Assembly: GCA_028023455.1 (NCBI GenBank)
Contig: JAQFVV010000003.1
Location: 8,432,001 to 8,496,000 of the forward strand
Origin: Epiperipatus broadwayi
Taxonomy: Eukaryota > Animalia > Onychophora
DNA: 64,000 bases
Direction: 5' to 3'
The notes under the pieces are model-generated. The model did not search any database. It saw nothing but the letters and a program-made list of their open reading frames with translations, and was not told where the DNA came from. The position numbers were made by a program, and so were the translations under genes. Below, piece after piece: positions 13,616-26,050 of this stretch. Every line of letters starts with the position of its first letter. Positions within the stretch are counted from its first letter, which is position 1.

Positions 13616-15279
13616 TTAAATAATTATTTTCAACAATTTAAAATATATGTATATAATTGCACTTTATTAAAACAAATAACCATCATTATTTTCTTGTTTC
13701 ATAATTATTACTTAGTTAAGATAATATGTATGAGTTTTCCCAAATAATTTAGTGCAGGCTATTTCTATAAACACATCTCTGCCAGTTTAAATACTACCTG
13801 CCCTGAGTAAGCTAGCCAGCAGTCGGTTTTACTTTTAGTACGCTATGATCAACCTTAGTAATCCGTCAGCATAATTCCTATGTAAACCATAGGATTGGCA
13901 CTTGGAATCGGATAATTCCAATGTCCATAAATATGTTGATCAGGAAATATTGAATAATGGTAATTTTAAAAGATTGATACTGAGTATATAAACATATGTC
14001 ATTACATTTATTGTTTGTTTTTGTTTTATGGAAGAGGAGTTTAAAATAACTCACCTACAGATGTATGACTACTGTAAGTTCATCTCAGTAGATTAAAGAT
14101 AATGGATTTCGTTCATGAATAAATCTCATATAAGTTACAAACAATGGTATTAATACAAATAGCATAAGATCAACCATGAGAGTGACGAAATAGTTTTATA
14201 ATTAGTTAGATGACATGGAGCCCATTATAATATATATAATAATTAATTATTAAAAGCAGCCATTAGACAATCCCAATACCACTAACAATCAACAATCTTA
14301 TACTGTTGTCATAGACATTCAAGATTGCAACTCAACTACAGAGATTAGAATTATTGATACAAAGAAGTTTAAATAAACCTCTTTAAACAGGTAAATATAA
14401 CCTGTTCTGAATGTTGTTTAATAAATAGTCAATTATAACATTCCAAAGTGCATTTACAATTTTCAAATTGCATCCAAATAATGAGTTTACTAATGCTCAA
14501 AGCCAAATGGGTTTATAAGTAATCATTAAAACCAGACAACACTTAGACAATCCCATAACAACTAACAATCTCAAACTGTTGTCAAGACAAACTTCTTTTA
14601 ACAATAAAGATAGTATAACATCGCTTCAATAAATAGCCAATCATACAATAAAAATATGCTTCTCTAACTTTCATTGAACTAAATTTGAATTGCACAAGAA
14701 ATTTAAAACAATGAGTACTTCACTTAGTAAAGTTTTACAAAAGTCAAGAAATCATTTCTCAAGACCTGATTATACAGATTACTTAATATTATTAAATAAT
14801 ATTCAATGGTTAAAGTTAAATTGACATTGCTTTTTATTGGCCAAAGTTTTATAATAGTCATCTATAAATTGTAGATTACAGATAAACTAGCAGATGATGC
14901 ATGAAAATTTATGAAACAATGCATTTTCTATGCTTCCAGAGAAGTTTGGATCAGTCCTTTAAAGTTGGTTCAACTACTGAGTTTTATTCAGATGAGGTTT
15001 TAGAATGCTGCAAATCATTATAATGGCTGATTTTAAACACCTTTCATTATCAGATATTCCATTGAATATTATGCTTTAATTCATCATGCAAATGTAATTT
15101 GAGCTTGTACTTATAAAAAAAATTATCAAATTGAACTTAAAACTTATGAATCTCAGTTTATTTAATAAAATGTAATTTTTTTTCCTTCAAAAATAAATAT
15201 TCTTACTAATGGTAAAGAATATTAGCTTCTTGCTCATCATAAACAACTATACATTTTAATCATATATTTATTCTCATCT

Positions 15280-15960
15280 ACTTCAAAATGTCACATGATT
15301 TACTTATCATCTTAGCACTCCCTCTATTGACCAACCTCAACTCTAAAAAGTTTCTATACTTTCCAATTTTTTACTTAATGCCCACTTTTCTTCCAATTTT
15401 ATTGAGCCTTGTACTAAATTCATACATTTCTCTTTATTTTCTTGTATATACATTGTCTCATACACTTTCCTTTATAATTTCTACAATATTTTATCACTTC
15501 AATACTTTCTTCACATTTCATAACATGCCCTGTTTCTAAAAAAAATGGCAAAATGGTCCTGATTTAATATCTCTCCTATTTTAGTGTTCTGTCATGCTCC
15601 TTCCCTCTTTCTATCTTACTTTCCACTGACTGTCCTATATATACCATCATACATTCCTTACACATAATTTTATAAACTATTTCTATCTGATCACTCCTAC
15701 CATTTCTCACTTTTGCATTACTCACTAACTTTTTTAATGATTTATTATTTTTCCATCCTATATCTATCTATATTCTCATTCATTTTTTCTTCCCTATCAG
15801 TCAGAATTTTATATACCTCCTTCGAATATGGAATAGAAAATCATTTCTTATTTTTTCTTTCATTTTTATTACTAACTTTCTTATATCCATTCCTATCCCT
15901 CAATATATTTCTTATAACCCTATCATTATATCCATATTCAATATATTTAGATTCCTATAC
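15280..15960 (-). mobile_element. Penelope-like element 3' fragment: RT thumb region plus GIY-YIG endonuclease (decayed)
   Basis: Minus-strand translation gives IVYKIMCKECMMVYIGQSVESKIERGKEHD...ETGH, matching the PLE VYKIxCxxCxxxYIG...R..EH...H pattern. It is preceded by EYGYNDRVI and FSIPYSKEV. Confidence 0.8.
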
Positions 15961-16120
15961 ATACAAAATAACTGCACATATACATACTATCTAAAATTAA
16001 TTTAATAATCAAAAAAATGTTGTTTATGTATATATGAAGAATCTAATTATATATTGTATAATGAAACATATTATAAAATACATAATGTGTATATATAAAT
16101 ATATAGATATAATAGAATTG

Positions 16121-16448
16121 TATATTCTCTTATTCTTCTCTTTCACTTTCTTTGCATATCTTCATATAATCATATATATTTCTTATAACACTTCATTCAT
16201 ATACACTTCAATGCAAACAAATTTTCTTAAACTTCTTTATTTTCCTTAAAGTTTTGACTGTCCAGCAGTCTTCATCAGAGCTCTAATCTTCTCTGCTTTA
16301 GTTAAAATAACCGTCATTTTAATTAAAGCAGAGAAGATTAGAGCTCTGATGAAGACTGCTGGACAGTCAAAACTGTAAGAAAAATAAAGAAGTTTAAGAA
16401 AATTTGTTTGCATTGAAGTGTATATAAATGAAGTGTTATAAGAAATAT
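16121..16448. mobile_element. Foldback PLE pseudo-LTR-like insertion: ~135 bp near-perfect palindrome arms, 7-nt loop, HHR-like motif in each arm
   Basis: Arms 16172-16308 and 16316-16452. 14-bp direct repeat ATATAATAGAATTG at 16107-16120 and 16449-16462. CTGATGA-A-GACTG.CTGGA.CAGTC-AAAAC in both arms. Confidence 0.65.
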
Positions 16449-16800
16449 ATATAATAGAATTGGGTTTATACAGAGCTTAAAATTAAGAAATATTTTGCTA
16501 CCTAGTACAATATAAAATTTTTCTATTTAGATTTCTAAAAAAAAATTGCTAGATAATTGAACTATCAGATAATAATTATTAAAATTTTGTAAATTACAAA
16601 CATTATGTATGAAAAAAAATATTTTACTTTATACTAAACAAGAAAATGCAAATATGAGAGCATAAATTAATTATTTCAAAATTCTTACATTTCACTGAAT
16701 TAGATATTTTCTATTGGAATCATAATTGTTGAAACAAAACCTATTGGTCATTCTCCTAAGTCATAAAATTGCATTACAAATATCAACCAAGATAAATCAC

Positions 16801-17500
16801 TTCTATTTAGAAGATAATAATCTTCCTCACTTGCACCGTACTATAAATCAGTGATGTTAAATGTGAGGATACTCTCATTCCAGCCACAAGATAAAGACTT
16901 TGAGAAATTAAGAACTACCGTCTTATTTTCAAACCTAAATTCACTTGTATGGACCAATCTTAAGTGCCTTAGAATGAGTGTGAATATATTAAATCATTCA
17001 CGTTACATCCATTTCTTTTAATAATTTTATTAACACTATTTCATACTAATGTTAGAAGATGTTAAACTATGTAATGATCAATGAATTTTACTAAAAACAC
17101 AAGTGAGGATGGCTTATTACCATCTAAAGAGAATTACAATCTGATGTTGCGCTATTAAAATTTATTGATCATTACATAGTTTAACATCTAATGTTAGCAC
17201 AAAGTACATTATAATATTTCATAAGTGTTAATAAGATTATTAAAAGAAATGGATATAAAGTGAATGATTTGATATATTAATGCTCTCATTCTAAGATATT
17301 TAAGATTGGCCCATATAAGTGCATTTAGATTTGAAAATAAGATGGTCTTTATTATTTTCTCAAAGTCTTTATCTTGTGGCTGGAACAAAAGTATCCTCAC
17401 ATTTAACAATGCTGATTTATAGTATGACATAAGTGAGGAGTGATTATTACCTTCTAAATAGAATTACAATCTGACACTAAGCCAGTAAAATTCATGATCA
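16801..17500. repeat. Inverted-plus-tandem ~330 bp repeat unit
   Basis: 16801-17090 is the reverse complement of ~17160-17460. 17100-17170 is repeated at 17431-17500. Confidence 0.75.
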
Positions 17501-19883
17501 GGATAAATTAAATATTTATGCTTTTATAAAAGTTTTAAACAATCATCAGTCCTCTTTTAAAGATTTTTCATTTTATAGAAAATACATCTTTAATAACTGA
17601 AACAGAAGTCTGGGGGAAGTTTTTAAAATACTGATAAATATATGTTTTCAAAATGGAGACTATGTTGTCAATTACACATACTATATATACATTTAGAATA
17701 AAAAACTTTTAATACAAAATTGTTATTTAGATATAACCAATGAAAAATATAATAGCTATCTTATATTTAAATAAAGCAAACTTATGTGAATATAATAGAT
17801 TTATGTAAATGCTTCCTGGAATAAATCTCATGAGAAATTGTAGTGTTTATTTTTATTTGTTAAAAAAATATTTTCATATTCAGTAAATGTTAACAATTAA
17901 ATGAGAACCCAACTTACATAAAAATTCATCATAAATAAAAAATTATGGACTGGTTCAATGAACCAGTAGATAAGTAGAGGATTTCTGTAAAATTATAATT
18001 AATTATTTTAATATTACGTTTTCGCTTTGCTTTTGTATTGTTGTCTATGTCACACACACAAAAAAAAAACCCATTCCGTGTCACAATGTGAAAAAAAAAA
18101 CGTTTCACAATCAAATTAATTATTTTATTAATTCTATTAATAACTAGAAACGGGGGTCATTTCTTTGTGTAGGAAACAATACCTTTCAATTATTATTATT
18201 ATTTTTTAATCTTCTCAGCAGACATTTAAATATTTGAAATTTAAGTCATAATTATCAGTAGCATTTTCCATAAACATGGTAAATAAAATGTGCAAAAAAT
18301 ACATACATGTAAGTTAATATAATAAATTATGGCATAAATTTAGAGAAAGACTTTAAAATACTTTCAGTTGTTGTAATTTTAAAAATAACTATATTAAAAT
18401 GTAATAATTCCTAGCCTAATAAAGAAAGTAATACTCATTTATTGAAAGATGACAGCTGTGCATAAGAAGTTATAGAAAAATGCATTCATAAATAAATCTG
18501 TAAAATGTACATAATAAATACATAACAATAGTATTTGGAATATTAAGCAGACTTAACTCAAGTAAGAAAATCTGGTGGTCAAATTGCATCTTGGGAACAA
18601 TTGGCATAGTTTTCTTTTCATTATCAACAACCATTTGTTTGAAATGTAAAAATGAGCCATTAATTATATATATATTACAAAAGATATAGAATTCTCAAAC
18701 AGCTAATGTCTTGCATGGATTAGTGCAGAGATAGAAGTGGCAAACTTTCAAGATCAAGATCCAAGGAATGTGGTCTGGTTCAGGTACTTCCAGTGCTTGA
18801 ACTTCTTATGAATTCCCCAGCAATAAACTATTCGATGATGATGATGATTATTATTATTATTAAGTCAATAAAATCCCCTTCCCCCAAAGTAAAAAAACAA
18901 AAAAAATTTTTCATCCTCTGTGAATAAAATCTATTATTATTATTATTATTATTATTAATATTTCAGTTTTTATTTATTTATTGTATTAACTATAAAAATA
19001 TATATATGAATATTTATTTATTTAACAACATGACTATCTCATAAATTTCAATGTTTCAATCCAAGCTCAAAATCAAACTTCTGGAATATATTTTCAATTA
19101 ACTTTTACATATGAAATTTCAAATAATATATAATTCTTTATTTATAAAATTACTGTTGAAATCAAAATATTAGCAATATCAATTATATCTCTTTAACAAA
19201 AAAAAAAATTATAGAAGACCACCAAAATAAACATCGAAATTCGAATACTATAGTACAAAAAAAAAAAATAATCATATAGAGAATTCAGGAATATAACAAA
19301 TTTAAATATCTGATGTTATTCTTAGTAATAAGATTTTCAAGCTGAATTAGCAAATAGCAAATTAAATCTAAGTTTAAAAATTAATATCTAAATTTATTGA
19401 GTAATTGGTAAGATTACATATAAAATGAAATATTGTATAGTAATTGAGAACAAACAATAATTTTAAAAAGTTAATAAAAAGACTTACAGTTTAGAAAAAA
19501 AAAAACAGTACTTACACAAATAACTAGTCAATTCATTACATAATATTAAAAATAATATTACATTAAAATGTGTGTAAAAATATTGAGTTATATATAGCAA
19601 TCAAAAAAAAAAAAAATAGGCAAAACAACATAATATTGGAGCAGAAATAAAAATGTAAAAAAAAAAAAGTATGATCTTTTGTTAGACTTTAATTCACATT
19701 ATCTTGAGATCAGATATCATGCTTACTTCATGTAATGCTGAAATACTTTAATCTTATTGCAAATGAAAAAAAAAAAAAAAAATCATAAAAAAAAATAAAT
19801 TGAAGTGAATGTTTAATTTATTATATTTAAAAAGTGGAAAATAATTTTTTTTTTTTGTCATTATGATGATAAATATAGATATA

Positions 19884-20834
19884 CACCTGGGTCTCATTTT
19901 ATGCGGTAGATAGGTTCCACAGAAAACCCACATTAAAAAAAATCGCACAAAAATAGACTTAACTTACATTGAAAAATGGGGGATAGGGTCTGAAATTTTC
20001 AGAATTTGCATAAAAGCAAAGCAACAAAGAAAAATTACTTTAAAATTCGCATTAAAAAAATAAGCAAATAAAGTATGACTAATAAAAAATTTCAAATATT
20101 TGAAAAAAATTAATACAAGACAAACTTTTTTTATTAACTACAATATTTAATTTTACATTTTCATACATATTGTAATCATTATCGCTAGCGTTCGTTTGTA
20201 AACTGGAAAGAAATCAGATTCGATGTGAAGTATTGTAGCTTCTCCATAAACGAAATCAACAATCTCTCAGCAATTATGCCCAGAGAAACCTGTTAGCCAC
20301 TTTATTTTTATTCATGATGTGATGTACAACTAGCTTCACTTTTAGTCTTATTCTGTGTTAATGGTTTTATTAAAAAAGTGAGAATCAAAACCAAAATATA
20401 CATTATCATTAGAAAGATTATTTTCAGTTTATAAAATCTTCGTTTTTTATTTTAAAAATCTAAAAGATTATTTATTTATGTTATATATAACAAAATATAC
20501 GTTTTAAAAGTTTAATTTGTTTGAATATTTATTGCGATATTTTTATATGTAAGTATAAATCTATTATAGTATTTACTCATTAGTATAAATAGGTTATTTA
20601 TATAGAAGCTAAGATTCTAAATAACAGCTTCAGGCCATATTCACGTTAGCTGCTAATATAATGTTATATTTTTGAAGAAAAAAAAAAGTATTTCAAGTGA
20701 AAATAAGTTATTAATAATTTGAATTTCTTGATATCTAATAAATATAGTGAAATATGAAAGATATTAAGAAGAAACATGAATCACATAACTTCAAAATCGC
20801 ATTAAAATAATCCGCATAAAACGAGACCCAGGTG
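19884..20834. mobile_element. Non-autonomous Tc1/mariner-superfamily (pogo/Tigger-like) element
   Basis: 23-bp TIR CACCTGGGTCTC(A/G)TTTTATGCGG with one mismatch, TA on both sides, no ORF. Confidence 0.85.
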
Positions 20835-21120
20835 TATTTTAGACATTATTGCAAATATATCCCTATCATGCCATAACTTAAAGATTTTTCTTTTTCAAAC
20901 AGCCAGCCCACAAACAATTCAGTTAACTATTCAATTATCAACAATAAATAGTGTCTAGATATTCTTGCTTAAAAATAAAACAAGGATGAAGAATCATTAT
21001 AACCACCATCATTGATGATTTTGGCAAGCTCAGTGCATAAAATCTCCTTTACTGATCCTCTGTGGACTGGAGAGGTCTGTGCTCTGCAGAGGGTTATGCA
21101 ATGTCTATTTTACTTTTTTT

Positions 21121-21240
21121 CCATCCATCCATCTATTCACCATCCATCCCTCTCCCTCTCTCTGTCTATCCGTTCGTCCGTCCATCCATCCACCTACCTA
21201 CCCACCCACCCACCTACCTACCTACCTATCTATCTATCTT
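21121..21240. repeat. Compound tetranucleotide microsatellite (TCCA/TCCG/CCTA/CCCA/TCTA)
   Basis: Read directly from the sequence. Confidence 0.9.
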
Positions 21241-22582
21241 ATCAGATATCAGACTCATAACTAACCCAGTAACCATCCAATATTGATCAATAAATAGATA
21301 TCTAACAATTCTTAGTTTAAGGATAAAGGTTTCAAATTTATGTGGGTTAATAAGCCCATAGTTTATTTTTAATTATATATATATAGCAGATGGGCTAACA
21401 GTTACTTTTACTATTATTTTAATACTTTATTAACATGGTTATATTTTATGAAATATTTTATTAACAATAATTAAACATTTCAAAAACAAAATAAAAAATA
21501 ATATTATAGTAAAGTAACTAAATTAAGGGGGAGGGGATACAGTAAAATAAATTTTATTTTCTCAATATACAAAGATAATGAAAAATGTTCACTTGACACA
21601 AATCCAGTAATCATGTCCTATCTTATTTCACAATGAATTCAGTAGAGGATGTTTTAATGTTCTGATTCATATAAATAAATAATCACCTTCAAAAAGTGCA
21701 TAAATAATTATTACCTTTTCTTTAAGAAAAAAAATGATTGAGGAAAAATAGGCTGCTCTCTAGTGGCATAAATGAAGTGTTTCACAAATTCTTGTTTAAG
21801 TAAATTTTTTTCAAGATGCATGTTTACCATTATACATAGTGCAGAATATGAAAATACTTTTTTACCAAACAAAAATAAACACTATATACCACAAGAATTA
21901 TTCACACAGCATGGTATAAGTAATAACTAAGAGCTATATAGATTTATACATTTTTTTTTTTTTTAAATTATATGTATATACCAGCAATTACTTATAGTGG
22001 AAAATAAAAATGTATATTTGTGCCATTAATCATCAAATTTGATCAGATTCTTGGAATTATATGTCAAAAGTTTGTGATTATATAAGACTGAAATAACACC
22101 TTATATACATAATCAGATTTAGAATTGATGCAAGATAATACAATAATAAATTACATATCAGTAGAATATATTAGCCCACATATAATATTATATTAAAATA
22201 TTAAACAATGAATAAGGACAATGTATAATTATTGAATTCACTATTTCTTCTATGATAAAAAAAATGCAAGATAGCAATTAAAATAAATAATTTTATAAAT
22301 ATGTAAATAATTTGTATTATACACTGTCCAATTAAAATTTAAACTTGACATTTTTAAAAAAAATAAAATTTAACACTATACAAAACCATCAAAATACCAT
22401 GTAACTTCAGCTTACACAATACTTTTAAATAATGAATCCATTTTTTCCTGCTTCAATTCTGTTACCTAGTGAAAGCTTAAATAACTGATGAATGTTAACA
22501 TTTAATGATTATTTAAGCTCACACTAGATGACAAAATTAGAGTAGATCTTATGTCATATAATATATATATAAACCAACTGAC

Positions 22583-23116
22583 CTTCTTCTAAAAGACTTG
22601 GCCTTCGGCCTTCCATATGAACAGGAAGGGAGGAGGACAAGCTGGCACTTTCAGCAGTTTGAAGCATATCACATGATGAGGAATTCTCTGAATACTTTAA
22701 AAATGTAAAATCTGACTTAGATCTTACATGTTGAGCACCTGTTTTACGAACTGTACATGTCTGTTTCTGAAAATTATCTCCATCAGATTCATGAATAATC
22801 TCATTATTTGGCACATAAATTACATTTCTGTCAAGACTAGTTTGATCTGATAAGTGTTGATTGTATAAATCACAGTTAGAATCCTGAGAATAAGATTCAA
22901 AAGTTTTCTTAATATCACTAGATGCAGAATAATCTATTTCATTATTTAAAAATGCATTGTTTATCACAGGATGTTCTTCATTTATTTGTAAAGAGTTCTT
23001 TTGACTCATTTCTTTAGAAATAGTTCTTAAATTATCTAAAGGTTCAAGGCACAAAGGATCTTCGCCGTACTCAATGGTATCTTCTTGATAAGTATTGTGG
23101 AAACTTTGATTCTTAT
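22583..23116 (-). CDS. Internal coding exon (534 nt, phase 1-1) of an unidentified host gene; low-complexity Ser/Asn-rich
   Basis: Acceptor TTATTATTTTTAG|AT, open 178-codon frame (KNQSFHNTYQEDT...HVRSKSD...RRPSLLEE), donor GAAG|GTCAGT. Confidence 0.8.
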
Positions 23117-23915
23117 CTAAAAATAATAATAATAATAAAATTACTCATAAAATGATTAATAAAATAAATCACTAAAAAGACATAAAGTAAATAACATGAA
23201 TATGAGCTTTCTGCTATAAAATGATTTCTAATCTTGACTGAATAAAACTTTAATTTACTTTCTTTTTCGAGTTTCTATAAAGTACTGTTTAGTAAATGAT
23301 TATTCAGCTTTTCTTAGAGAGAATATAAAGCAAAAAATGAAATTTTTTATTAGATTAGTGAGACGGAGAGAGCTTGTCCTGCAACAACATATTTAAAAAA
23401 AGTTTTTTTTTTTATGTTTATATGAAGAATGGTCACAAATAGGTTAACACCTTTTTAAACTAATTTTTTAAATAAAAAATTGTCTCACTATGCAAAATTT
23501 TCTATATCAGAAATTCCATTAACAAGTGAATCATTTATTTTGGTCTAATTGAATGATATCCAAGATTATTAGATCTTATCTCTACGGGTAATAGTGAAAA
23601 GCAAAGTATTTTGATAAGATTGATATTATGAAACTGTTCTCTGTTGCCCACTTTTATAAATCAATAATAATATGAACCTTTGACAGAAAGTTTATATCAT
23701 TTATACTTTGACAACTAAAACACATATAAAAGGATGGAATTAATTAGAATATTCTAGTAAATAATGTACAATAATCATACTGCATTATAACTACAATTCT
23801 CCCCCCCCCCCCAAACTCTAACTACAACATTTGATTCTAAGAATTGTTCTGTAAAATTGGCAGATAATATTGAACTATATACAATCCTTGTTTTTTACTT
23901 CACCTTTGAGTAGTA

Positions 23916-24108
23916 AGTTTTAAATTGCGCTTTAAGCAAAAAAGTGAAGCTTATTATTATGAAAGAAAACTTTGCATAAATTACCACTAAACTTCACTTA
24001 AAGTAGGCTATGAATATGGAGACTTAAGTTCTCTGAAAGCGTTCAGCCATATAATTCTTTTCTAATAATAATAAGCTTCACTTTTTTGGTAAAGCCTAAT
24101 TTAAAACT
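23916..24108 (+). mobile_element. Small foldback element enclosing a decayed HHR (24006-24048)
   Basis: ~50 bp inverted arms (AGTTTTAAATT...AAAAAAGTGAAGCTTATTATTA). Internal GGCT-ATGAATA-T-GGAGAC.TTAA.GTTCTCT-GAAA-GCGT-TC-AGCC. Confidence 0.55.
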
Positions 24109-24439
24109 GAATTATATACAATGGATTTTCTTTCCACCATTTCTTAAAGCACCAAAGAACATAAAGAATACTTATAGAAAAACAAAACAATAAAATAAAA
24201 TCCTATTTCAAAGTATAAATTATTTCAATTTTATAATTTTATTCATTGAAATACATGTAAAATACAACTCAGCTTTTATAATTTAAAATATTCTACACTT
24301 ATTATTTGCAAAAAATAATGATATTAATTTATGAAGATGGGGCTAAATGTAACTATACATTATTTCTTATCAGATAAATTGATTTTATTTCATTAAAGTC
24401 TCCGAGATAAAATTAAACATTTTTACATTCAATTTAAGT

Positions 24440-25760
24440 AAGGTTTTTTTTGCAATTAATTCATTCCCAGGGGATTTAAAACGTTAAATTGATTTGCATG
24501 GATCTTTATATTTGGAAAGTACTTGTAAATGTTAGTGATAATATTGCACCAAAATATATCTAATTTTGATGCAAATCCTTTAGAGTATTCAAAAAGTTCT
24601 AGTATTGTTTGGCTCTTCTTCAAATGTAAGTTTAAGTCATTCAGGTGTTGAGTTATATCAGTCAGAAACATCAATTTGCATAACCAGTCTTCATCATCTT
24701 GATTTCTTCCAGATATGATACAAATCTGTTCAAAGTATTATCTGAACTAATCCAATGGATAGTTCTGTATAGCAGGAGGTCCATATACGCATTATTCATT
24801 TCTAGAAAAAGGGATAATTGCCTGTGTGTCAATGAAAAATGAGAAACCATGAAATTATCTTAACAACAGTGTCAATTACAGTATTCAAATCACTGTGATG
24901 AGATTTTCACAATTAAACTTTTCTGAAGTATAATGAAATAGAAACTCAATATTTGATATCTAATATGACTTTCAAGAAGTTTAATAAATTCCTTTTATTT
25001 CTGCTTATTGCACGGCTGGCATCAGTAATAACACTAAATATTTTATGTTAATTTTCTGATTTTCAAAATAATTGAAAAATGTAATGAAAAATATCATGTT
25101 TCTCCATTACATCAGTAAGAGGAATCAAGCAATACAATTCGTTATAAATACAATCATTCCCACAATATCGTGCAATTACTGCTAGGTGGCCATATCATTT
25201 ACACCAGTGCTTTCATCAACAACTATATCTGAATATAACAACTTGTTGTAAACCAATTTTCTGTTTTGTTGTTGCATCTTCAGCCATGTCAATTATTCAT
25301 CTTTGAATTAATCTCGCAGAAGTTGGTATTTCTCAAATTAGATCACTGACTCCATCCGTGAAGGGGTTGACTTTCAAAGTCAACCAATTATACAACTATA
25401 TGTTCAGTGGAATTATTTATGGTACCAATTTATTTGACTAAAATAAGTAGTTTGTTTTTTAAAGGCAGAAACAGCCTTTTTTATAGCTTCACTTTTCACA
25501 TCAGTTTTTAAACATGGACAGATGTTTAGTTTTCATTTTCTCATTCAAAGAAAGCTACTCCAACCTTTTTGTAGTCTTAACAAAATTACTGTCACCATTA
25601 AGATAACCTCCAAAGTCATTCTAAATGAAACTTTTAAATTTTTTAACTGATGCAAATAAATAAATAACACATTTAAAGTTTTCACTGACATTACAAGAAC
25701 ATGACTGAATAAGCATGCAAACTTTAAAGAGTGCTGATGTATGTGTATGTAAATTTCCAA
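24440..25760 (-). mobile_element. Decayed hAT transposase (GTF2IRD2/SPIN-like) remnant
   Basis: VVDESTGVNDMAxLAVIARY (first catalytic D), SVITD and FLTDITQHLNDLNL, in broken frames. Confidence 0.7.
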
Positions 25761-25819
25761 TTAATTTAAGAAATTTCTAATTCAAAATTTTTTTAATGCA
25801 ATATGTATATATTTAAATT

Positions 25820-26050
25820 GTGGAGTTTGCGATAATGAATACCATGGCCATCACACAATTGCCAAAAAAAGTCACTGCACCCAAAAGAAGGAAATACAGT
25901 GGCATACAATCATGTTTTACAGCAAATCCAAAAATGGAGAGACCTTATTTCCAAATTTATCAGCAGTCAGAAAGACCTAACTACTTTTGTTTGGCCACAC
26001 AATCAAATACGAATCCAAATATATTGAAGTATAAGAACAAGTTCCGGTAA
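25820..26050 (+). mobile_element. Possible highly decayed RTE-like LINE fragment
   Basis: HPKRRKY-like and FGHTIK-like peptides only. Confidence 0.3.

Noticed and set aside
14263-14650. Diverged ~280 bp duplication (TTAGACAATCCC...CTAACAATC), also similar to ~5205-5235
   Set aside because: I checked both strands for an HHR and found none; it is too decayed to classify.
21010-21100. Short match to family C (GAGATTTTATGCAC on the minus strand)
   Set aside because: Only a 14-nt match, with no HHR at the expected upstream position.
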